From a virus: DNA of 64,000 nt. The notes below the pieces were generated by a model. That model was not told where the DNA came from and did not search any database. It saw nothing but the letters and a program-made list of their open reading frames with translations. This document shows positions 42,083-49,492 of this stretch, one piece after another; the first letter of the stretch is position 1, and each line of letters opens with the position of its first letter. The stretch is from the IMG/VR virus record IMGVR_UViG_3300031951_000017, positions 1-64,000 of that record; one strand, given 5' to 3'. A program made the translations under genes and the position numbers.

Positions 42083-42196
42083 TCAATCTTTCTTATCTTT
42101 TTTGTTGTGTCTGTTTTCAAATTCTTCTTCTGTTTCAAACACTTTACCACATTGTGGACATACATACTCGGTATTACCTGAAAAAAAAAGTTCCAT
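42083..42196 (-). CDS. small zinc-finger-like protein (37 aa); missed by ORF track
   Basis: MELFFSGNTEYVCPQCGKVFETEEEFENRHNKKDKKD*; Y-x-C-x2-C-GK-x-F-x5-F-x3-H resembles a C2H2 finger with only one His. Confidence 0.5.
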   Translation of the reverse strand: MELFFSGNTEYVCPQCGKVFETEEEFENRHNKKDKKD

Positions 42197-42218
42197 ACAC
42201 ATAAGTATATGGAACTTT
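42187..42218 (-). terminator. intrinsic terminator after the tail tube gene
   Basis: AAAGTTCCATA/TATGGAACTTT stem; 9-T run on the minus strand. Confidence 0.8.
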
Positions 42219-42241
42219 AATATATAAATCAATGAAAAATT

Positions 42242-42730
42242 TTAGTATACTAAGATACAACGGTCGGGTCTAAGTGTTGCAGTAATTGAAGCAAGTGCGT
42301 CTGAGTTGTATGCCAAGTTATCAAAGTTTACGTTTGATAGGAATGTACCTTGGAGAATCCATTTTTCAACCACAACTCCTGTCGGGTCTAACAATTCTAA
42401 ATCAACGTCTTTTTTATAACCTGCAGCATAACCCATACGACCTGTAACAGATTCTGCATGTAAACGTACCCACTCCATAAGTGCTTGGGCTGCAGACGGT
42501 CCAATTGGGTCACGGAATTTAACATTAATAGTACCCCACGTAAATCTTCCTGCTACGTAAGTAGATGTGTTTAGAAATTGGATTTCAACAGGATTAATGG
42601 TAATTGCAGGTCTCGATGTCGATTCCACAAACCATTCGTTAATTCCTAATGAAGAAGGAAATCTCAATATAAATCTATTTTGTCTTTTGGGTTCGTAAGG
42701 AACCGGCATTTTCATCAGTAAATCTGCCAT
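42242..42730 (-). CDS. tail tube protein (T4 gp19-like)
   Basis: 162 aa; EPKRQNRF, YVAGRFTWGTINVKFRD, LMEW, YKKDVDLELLDPTGVVVEKWIL.G.F, TLRPD. Confidence 0.92.
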   Translation of the reverse strand: MADLLMKMPVPYEPKRQNRFILRFPSSLGINEWFVESTSRPAITINPVEIQFLNTSTYVAGRFTWGTINVKFRDPIGPSAAQALMEWVRLHAESVTGRMGYAAGYKKDVDLELLDPTGVVVEKWILQGTFLSNVNFDNLAYNSDALASITATLRPDRCILVY

Positions 42731-42761
42731 TGTTTTAAGTTTTTAATTCGTTTTATTATCT

Positions 42762-42768
42762 ATAAATA
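42762..42768 (-). promoter_or_regulatory. TATTTAT putative late promoter (tail tube)
   Basis: 31 nt upstream of the ATG, followed by an A-rich leader. Confidence 0.6.
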
Positions 42769-42848
42769 GTGTTGTTTATTTTTTTTTCTATTTACTTTCA
42801 TTTATTTTAGAAATATTCTTATAATAGAATTAGTACTAGTATAATATA

Positions 42849-43706
42849 TTAATTATCTTTTTTAACTTTTACTTTCTTACCAGTTTTAGTTGAATATATA
42901 TTTAAACTTTCTTCATCACCAAAGTGTTTCTTAATAGTTTCTATATTCTTTGGGTCATCGTCAGAAAATCCAATTTCAACTGATGGTAAAAAATAATTTT
43001 TAACTTTTTTCTTTAAAAAGGCTTTTTTCCCCAACTCCTCGGATAAATCTTTTACATAACGAATAAATTCGTTTAGAGCAGTTACTTTTAATTCTTCTGG
43101 AGAAGCTGCAGAACCTTGTCCATAAGTTACCGGGTAAAATTTACATAGGTCTAAGTATTCTTTGATGACTTCCATGTCTGTAAGGTCTTCAAAATCGGCT
43201 AAATCCCTATATTTTCTTAAATTTTTCAAACACTCGTTAAAATCTATCCCTCCCTTACTAGAGATTATTAAATTAAAACAAGATTCTTTGAGTGTATTTG
43301 GGTTGTGACCTCTAGCGGTAATGATTGCAAAAATGGAACCATTATTTATACACTCCACAAAATCATTCCATGAAGGTCCAGTTTCGGCCATAAGTGAATC
43401 GATTAAAAATTTATCGTCACCCTCAATTCCAAATTCTCTAAATGGGTCTTTTGCAAATCCAACGATTACATGACCCTCATACTTAAATTCTTCTTCCCCA
43501 ATTTTACTTCTATATTTAGCAAAATCGTGAGTAGACATTCCAACCTCTTCATTATCAGAATTAATTAGAATGATTTTTGTAGGCATATACATAAGATTGT
43601 CATCCCAATCAAATGCGTAGTATTTCATGTCAGGAGTACCTCCCTCCGAAATCTTTTCTGTAAGAAATCGGAGGGGTTGGGTACTGATTTTATTTTTTAT
43701 TTTCAT
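42849..43706 (-). CDS. HAD-superfamily phosphatase-like protein
   Basis: 285 aa; motif I FDWDDNL, motif II IITARGH, Lys in EELK, motif IV GFSDDD; lies between sheath and tube. Confidence 0.75.
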   Translation of the reverse strand: MKIKNKISTQPLRFLTEKISEGGTPDMKYYAFDWDDNLMYMPTKIILINSDNEEVGMSTHDFAKYRSKIGEEEFKYEGHVIVGFAKDPFREFGIEGDDKFLIDSLMAETGPSWNDFVECINNGSIFAIITARGHNPNTLKESCFNLIISSKGGIDFNECLKNLRKYRDLADFEDLTDMEVIKEYLDLCKFYPVTYGQGSAASPEELKVTALNEFIRYVKDLSEELGKKAFLKKKVKNYFLPSVEIGFSDDDPKNIETIKKHFGDEESLNIYSTKTGKKVKVKKDN

Positions 43707-43708
43707 AA

Positions 43709-46700
43709 TTAGATATTATCAAATGATGCTCCTGTTGGTGTAATCAAGAATTCGATGTCGATGAATTCTAAAGATTTGGTTGGTTTTACATAGATTTTAC
43801 CAACTAACTGATTTCTGTCTAGGTCTTCAGCTGATGAAGAAACCGTTACACGGAAATCATACAAACCTCTATCTCTTCTAATCGAATCCAAGATTGGGTT
43901 GACTGCGTCTAAGAAATCTTGTCTAACCTTTTGGTCATTTTGTTCAAACAACAATCTTACTGAAACTGCAGAAATCAACTTACGTGCCTGTAATAACAAT
44001 CTTCTTACATTCAATCTGTCTAATGCAGACTCTCTGATTTGTAAGGTCTTGTTACCCCAAATTACTGTTCCAACATCCGAGAATGTTGCGATAGGATTAA
44101 TTCTACCTTTGTACAATGTATCTCTATCTTCTTGAGTTAATTTCTTACGTGCTTTGATTGCATTTACAAGACCACGTGTGTAACCCGCAGATGCAAACCA
44201 AGGGAATGAGATGTTATCAGTTAACGCTAAGTTTCTACAAACTTCCGCTGTTGGTGGGATGTAGATTTGAGTGTTGTTAACAGTATCACGAGTCAATACC
44301 CAAGGATAGTAAGTAGCGGTGTAGTTAGAATCGATACCTGCCTCTTCCAAACTATCTACAACATCTTGTGGGTAAAATAATTCGTCAATAGTGTAAGTAG
44401 GTGTAAACAAGTTACTATCTGGTGTTGTTAAGATGTAGATAGAATCCGCTCTATCAAACTCAACCATATCGATAGCTTCCTCAACAAGATTACTATTATT
44501 CACAAAATCAATACCTGGAGTTGCAAACACGTTAATATTTGTTGCTTCAGGGTTTTCAAAAGTTCTAATACCCATTAAGTATGCGTAGTAGTCAGTATTT
44601 GCCCAATCTTGAGTTCCGTCACCGACACTGATTAATTTGAATGAACCATTACCAGTTGCTGTTGGGAATCTTAGACTTGGACAAGCTCCCCATAGGAAAC
44701 CTCTTTGGCCAACTCTAAATATGTCTCCATTGGTACGATATTCTCTGTAGATGTCCCATCCGTCAAAACCACCTTGTACTAAGAAAGTAAACTTACGAGA
44801 GAATAATCTGTAGTAAGGACTACTTGGATTGGTTGGTTCTGAATTAAAGGATGCTGCTCCGACTTCAAATGCCGATTGACCAGATAATGTATAACCTGAA
44901 GGTATTGTTACAACAGTTGCCCCACTATCCATATGGAAACCTTTAGAAATGTAAGCCCATTCGTCACCACTAGTGTCGAAACAAGGGTCGATTGGTCCAC
45001 GTTTTCCTTTATACATATAGTAATCTAAATCATAACCTACTGTGTCAGAAACACCTAGATATGTTCTTCTTACGTTGTCACCACCTGCTGGTACGGCATC
45101 ATCACCACCTGCTGTTGTTCCAAAAGGAGGATTATAAATGATTTCACCAGGAGTAAAGTACTTTGTTTTAAATACTGGAGATGGAGTTACCGCACCTTCG
45201 TATAATCTGTTTTTAAATCCTTCAAAACCACAAGGTACCGCATCAATAGGTGCGTCAATATTGTAGTCAATCATGATAAATTTAGAATTTAACACAAACT
45301 CACCATCAGAAGAACCTACTTTTTTAGCAATGTAGTTATTCTGTCCTGGGTCCATACCACAATTAGTGAATTTCTCTAAAACAACTGGTGCGTCGTCAGT
45401 ATCATAGAAATCTCTAACAACTAAATCAAATGATTGATTTGAGAAAGACACGTTCAAAATTGAAACTTTGATTTGGTAGTTAGCCGAATTACCATCAGCA
45501 ATTGATATAACTCTGAAAAGTTTGTATACATCATTACCACGTAATTCTGAAACAACCCAAGGTGAAGTTGAGGATTGGTATTTTTCTAAGTACCAACCAA
45601 TTGAATTCAATTCAGTATATCCTTGTCTGTAACCAGGTAATGCGACTAGTTCAGAACTAATACCACGAATATAACCTTTATTATATGCGTCATTAAGTAA
45701 GAAACTATATTTCTCTTCAACCATTAATGGGGTTGCTAATCTAGGTTTAGTAAAGTTACCATAACCTAATACCTTCTCAATTGCTGTAGAATCTGTCGAA
45801 GACATTGAAACTTTGAAGTTAAAGTTCGCCCCGTCGATTGTAGAACCAGTAATTGCAAAAGGTGAGAAAGGATTTAAAGTTGCCGCAGAATATGAACCAC
45901 TAAAATCCAAACCAACATCAGATGTACCACTTACTTGGTAAGTAGGTCCGTTGTTAGTTGAGGTGTAGAAACTAAAACCTCTTGACCTTAAAGTTGCAAT
46001 CACCATATTATGATATTCTTCATAAGTTTGACCAGTCATCGGGAACAAATATCCGACAACATTTCCAGAATAACAAATATTTGGAATATTTGGTGTTGAA
46101 GTTGGTGTTGCGGTAGGTGTTGGTGTGACATCACAAGGGTTAAAAGTAGATGTTACAGTAACAGTTGGTTCTGGTGTTGTAGTTGTAGTTACAGGAAGTT
46201 CTTCTAAATTTTCAATGATGAAAAGATATGAAAAACCTGAATATCCATTATTTGTTGTTGGATTCCACAAAGCATAATACCAAGTATCATTATAAGGTGA
46301 GGTAAAACTACAATTGTATGAAGAGTTACCACTTGTTCCAAGATAGTTAGTAATGTTTGTGAAACCAATACCTGTATATGCGTCAAACACATCACCAGGT
46401 ATAATACCCCAAACACCTAGTGAATCACCACTTAATGTTGTATCTGCCAAAATTCCTTGTACAAAACCTTTCATATCGTCGAATAAACTAGAAGTTCCAC
46501 CATCAAACTGAGTGTAAACATTGTTTATTCTTGTTTGGATTTCACTAGGGAAATCCTCTAAAAATGCAAATTGTGTTAAATCAGCTGAACAACCAGAGAA
46601 ACCAACATTGATTTCTGTAGTTCCTGTTATAATACAATTTGTCTCACAAATTGCTGGGTCAACACTAAAATTAGGAGATGTTGTACAACTATAAGGATAA

Positions 46701-47065
46701 CCTACAGTTGTTGAGTCAACATTTGCAATTGTTTTAATTGACCAAGATGGTCCAGCATCATAACCAGACAAACCTAATACTCTTGTAACAAAAAGTTGAT
46801 TTGATTGTTGTAGGTATGCCTTAGCAATGTAAGACATCTCATACTTTGGGATTTGTGTGTTTACGAATTTTTCGGGTGTTGTTCCTCCAAAATAAGTTTG
46901 GAATTCATCATAGTTTGTAATAAAAATTGGTTCAAAAGCAGGTCCCTTAACTGCCTCACCAACTAGACCTAATGTTGTTACACCAACACTAGACGTTACA
47001 AAACTTAAATCTCGTTCAGATGTGTATACACCTGGAGAAACGAATACTTTGTTTGCTGTTGCCAT
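43709..47065 (-). CDS. tail sheath protein (gp18-like) with large insertions
   Basis: 1118 aa; VSPGVYTSERDLS, GPAFEP, YYPW, PWFASAGYTRG, RDTLYKGRINPI, WGNKTLQ, LNVRRLL, FEQND, EFIDIEF. Confidence 0.95.
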   Translation of the reverse strand: MATANKVFVSPGVYTSERDLSFVTSSVGVTTLGLVGEAVKGPAFEPIFITNYDEFQTYFGGTTPEKFVNTQIPKYEMSYIAKAYLQQSNQLFVTRVLGLSGYDAGPSWSIKTIANVDSTTVGYPYSCTTSPNFSVDPAICETNCIITGTTEINVGFSGCSADLTQFAFLEDFPSEIQTRINNVYTQFDGGTSSLFDDMKGFVQGILADTTLSGDSLGVWGIIPGDVFDAYTGIGFTNITNYLGTSGNSSYNCSFTSPYNDTWYYALWNPTTNNGYSGFSYLFIIENLEELPVTTTTTPEPTVTVTSTFNPCDVTPTPTATPTSTPNIPNICYSGNVVGYLFPMTGQTYEEYHNMVIATLRSRGFSFYTSTNNGPTYQVSGTSDVGLDFSGSYSAATLNPFSPFAITGSTIDGANFNFKVSMSSTDSTAIEKVLGYGNFTKPRLATPLMVEEKYSFLLNDAYNKGYIRGISSELVALPGYRQGYTELNSIGWYLEKYQSSTSPWVVSELRGNDVYKLFRVISIADGNSANYQIKVSILNVSFSNQSFDLVVRDFYDTDDAPVVLEKFTNCGMDPGQNNYIAKKVGSSDGEFVLNSKFIMIDYNIDAPIDAVPCGFEGFKNRLYEGAVTPSPVFKTKYFTPGEIIYNPPFGTTAGGDDAVPAGGDNVRRTYLGVSDTVGYDLDYYMYKGKRGPIDPCFDTSGDEWAYISKGFHMDSGATVVTIPSGYTLSGQSAFEVGAASFNSEPTNPSSPYYRLFSRKFTFLVQGGFDGWDIYREYRTNGDIFRVGQRGFLWGACPSLRFPTATGNGSFKLISVGDGTQDWANTDYYAYLMGIRTFENPEATNINVFATPGIDFVNNSNLVEEAIDMVEFDRADSIYILTTPDSNLFTPTYTIDELFYPQDVVDSLEEAGIDSNYTATYYPWVLTRDTVNNTQIYIPPTAEVCRNLALTDNISFPWFASAGYTRGLVNAIKARKKLTQEDRDTLYKGRINPIATFSDVGTVIWGNKTLQIRESALDRLNVRRLLLQARKLISAVSVRLLFEQNDQKVRQDFLDAVNPILDSIRRDRGLYDFRVTVSSSAEDLDRNQLVGKIYVKPTKSLEFIDIEFLITPTGASFDNI

Positions 47066-47096
47066 TATTTAATTTCTTTCTTAATTTTATTTCTCT

Positions 47097-47103
47097 ATAA
47101 ATA
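47097..47103 (-). promoter_or_regulatory. TATTTAT putative late promoter (tail sheath)
   Basis: 31 nt upstream of the ATG, followed by an A-rich leader. Confidence 0.6.
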
Positions 47104-47160
47104 TTACCTTTTTTTTCAAAAAACTTTACTTTTTGGATGGTATTTATAAATTGGAAGAAT

Positions 47161-47181
47161 TTTTTCTACCTTTTTTCTACC
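47161..47181 (+). repeat. tandem direct repeat TTTTTCTACC x2, candidate operator
   Basis: Copies at 47161-47170 and 47172-47181, directly upstream of the RHH-like ORF start (47183). Confidence 0.5.
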
Positions 47182-47182
47182 T

Positions 47183-47338
47183 ATGGAAAAGAAAATAAAA
47201 AACATAAAAATATCAGTTGAGTCACATTCATTACTAAAAAAGTATTGTGAAAAAAAAGGGTATAAAGTTTATAGGTTCTTAGAAGAACTAATACGGAAAG
47301 AATGTGAAGAAGAGAAAGATTTGTATGGTGAGAATTAA
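47183..47338 (+). CDS. small ribbon-helix-helix-like DNA-binding protein (51 aa); missed by ORF track
   Basis: MEKKIKNIKISVESHSLLKKYCEKKGYKVYRFLEELIRKECEEEKDLYGEN*; alternating beta-strand KNIKIS then helix-G-helix; TATTTAT at 47141 upstream. Confidence 0.7.
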   Translation: MEKKIKNIKISVESHSLLKKYCEKKGYKVYRFLEELIRKECEEEKDLYGEN

Positions 47339-48375
47339 ATTAAGGTGTTTTGGAATTTAATAGTTGAAGTCAGAGTATCGTCTGTTCTGACAACATCAAA
47401 CCTAACACTATCACCCGAATTAATCTGTATAAAATTTACATTTGACCCGTAATATAGGTTGTTTATATAAACTTCATAACTTTCAATATTATCACTAGTC
47501 AATAATTTTAAATCCACACGTTCTGGAAATAAATCACCCAAAGAATTAACACCTAAAGGAAAATTAATATTTTCATAAAATCTATTAGGATTATAGGGCG
47601 GAGTTCTTTTTCCTCTTGTCTTACGGTCAGTTTGAAATTCAAATAATTGTAAAACTCTTGAAATACCAGGTTTAACTTTAAATTCATCCTCGTCAATCAA
47701 AAAACCTAACATAGTAAAATCATAAGATACTATGTAATACTTTCTTTTTTCAATTTCCATTACAGATTCGTCAGAAACATTATCCCATACTATTGGAATA
47801 TAATGTCCTTTCACTTTGGTATAGGCTTGTCTTGATGAAAAGTTCTCAAGAACCACTTTGTTTAATTGATTTACTTCACGGACTCGATTACATATAAATT
47901 TTAAAGTATATTTTATATCAATAGGAATTGGTTGTGGTATTTGATAAACATCAACACCACTTCTTTGTCCATCAAAAGTTGGGACGTAGGCGTAAAAAAA
48001 TTCTTTTCTTACTGGTATCGTATATTGTAATGATGGATTTGTACCATATTTCATATCATTTGACCTGATGACCGTAACAAAAGGAGGTGAAGCATTTTTA
48101 TCTAAGTCTTGGAATTTCCAAGTCTGTGTAAATTGAGCCCAATTTTGAGTGGTAACGATAATATCGACTACAGGTACAGATTTTCCATCAACACTAAAAC
48201 CTAACTTATTTTTAACAAAATCTAAAAACCCTCTATCTAAATCAGCATGTAACACAGACTTTGGTAGAAATGTACCATCTTGTTGGATTTCTTCCAACAT
48301 TTCTTGTCGTCTAGCTAACCCTACTTTATTTGGGATTAAATCAATATTTTTTTTAATTTGTTTAGAAAATCCCAT
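47335..48375 (-). CDS. tail completion / terminator-like neck protein (gp15-like)
   Basis: 346 aa; LHADLDRGF...VPV...W..F...PPFVTVIR...PIPIDIKYTL; located upstream of the sheath. Confidence 0.55.
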   Translation of the reverse strand: MGFSKQIKKNIDLIPNKVGLARRQEMLEEIQQDGTFLPKSVLHADLDRGFLDFVKNKLGFSVDGKSVPVVDIIVTTQNWAQFTQTWKFQDLDKNASPPFVTVIRSNDMKYGTNPSLQYTIPVRKEFFYAYVPTFDGQRSGVDVYQIPQPIPIDIKYTLKFICNRVREVNQLNKVVLENFSSRQAYTKVKGHYIPIVWDNVSDESVMEIEKRKYYIVSYDFTMLGFLIDEDEFKVKPGISRVLQLFEFQTDRKTRGKRTPPYNPNRFYENINFPLGVNSLGDLFPERVDLKLLTSDNIESYEVYINNLYYGSNVNFIQINSGDSVRFDVVRTDDTLTSTIKFQNTLI

Positions 48376-48376
48376 G

Positions 48377-48925
48377 TTATTTAGAAATGATTTCGTTTAT
48401 GACAAATAATTTGTTTTTCAAATTAATCATATCAACTTCTTTAGCGTTGAATACTGGTGTTTCTGTATCTTTGTAAACAAATGAATCATGTTTATACGGG
48501 TTATAGGTTACAACTCTCGTTGATGATTCCTCAGGTAAATTTTCACATGGGTATTCACAATAATCGATTAAATCTCCGATTACAAAAGCATGTACATTTT
48601 TTTGTTTGTCGACTCTAACTTTTTCTCTACCACCTTTTCTTACTCTAAACTCAACATCACCTAATTTAACATAATCAGCGTGAAGAACTACTTTAGTTTT
48701 ATATACTACAGAAAAAGTATGTAAATGAAGGTTATAATATACTTTTACTTTCTTACCTATAAAGTTTTCATCTGAATTATTATGACCACATTTATGACAA
48801 ATGTATGGGTCATTACCCCCCTCACTTAATTTCCAAGACCAACCACACTCTTCACACGTAACTTTATTAGTGTTAAGTTTTTCAGTTAATATACGTAATT
48901 GTTCTTCTGTTAATAAAATGTTCAT
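48377..48925 (-). CDS. zinc-ribbon-containing phage protein
   Basis: 182 aa; LLTEEQLRILTE leader, CEECGWSW...CHKC ribbon, then VYYNLH...FRVRKGGREKV...KNVHAFVIG...YNPYK. Confidence 0.6.
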   Translation of the reverse strand: MNILLTEEQLRILTEKLNTNKVTCEECGWSWKLSEGGNDPYICHKCGHNNSDENFIGKKVKVYYNLHLHTFSVVYKTKVVLHADYVKLGDVEFRVRKGGREKVRVDKQKNVHAFVIGDLIDYCEYPCENLPEESSTRVVTYNPYKHDSFVYKDTETPVFNAKEVDMINLKNKLFVINEIISK

Positions 48926-49434
48926 AACCCTCTAAATTCATTATTTGTTACAGGTGCACATATTATTGTTCGATAATATGGTTTATATCCACCATAATTA
49001 TGTTTGTTATCGGATGTGACCCTACCATCATTGGATACTGTATAATATCTAACTCTATTTTCAGTTTCATAATAACCAATATAATCACCATACTCAATTT
49101 CGGTACCCATCAGTTCTAAATCCTTAATATAAACACTAAGTTGCATAGTACCAGGTTCGAGTTGTTCAATTTTTGAGTTACCCAAATATTTGTTTTCAGT
49201 CCCCAAAATTTTAACATAAGCTTTAAATTCAATTGGAGGGTGAAATTTAATTCCGTCTTCAACGGTTTCCCCATAAACATCATCTGTGTTAGTTCTATAT
49301 CTATCTACTTTATATAGAACACAGGTAAAATTCATATCACCATGAAGCCATTCTTGACCCATCTCTAATTCTAGGTTAAAGTCAGAATCACCAAAAAATT
49401 TACCTAATCTTGTTATTGGAACTTTGTTTGTCAT
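48922..49434 (-). CDS. head closure / neck protein (gp14-like)
   Basis: 170 aa; LYKVD...DDVYGE...F..PIE, GDYIGY...YYTV; preceded by TATTTAT. Confidence 0.6.
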   Translation of the reverse strand: MTNKVPITRLGKFFGDSDFNLELEMGQEWLHGDMNFTCVLYKVDRYRTNTDDVYGETVEDGIKFHPPIEFKAYVKILGTENKYLGNSKIEQLEPGTMQLSVYIKDLELMGTEIEYGDYIGYYETENRVRYYTVSNDGRVTSDNKHNYGGYKPYYRTIICAPVTNNEFRGL

Positions 49435-49492
49435 AATCTATATACTTGATAAATATCTACTTTAAAGTTATCTTTATACTTGAAAATATAAT

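Noticed and set aside
26979-47065. Bacterial contractile injection system (eCIS/T6SS/tailocin) instead of a phage
   Set aside because: Interleaved PolB, RNR, gp32, helicase and head-neck genes indicate a replicating phage genome.
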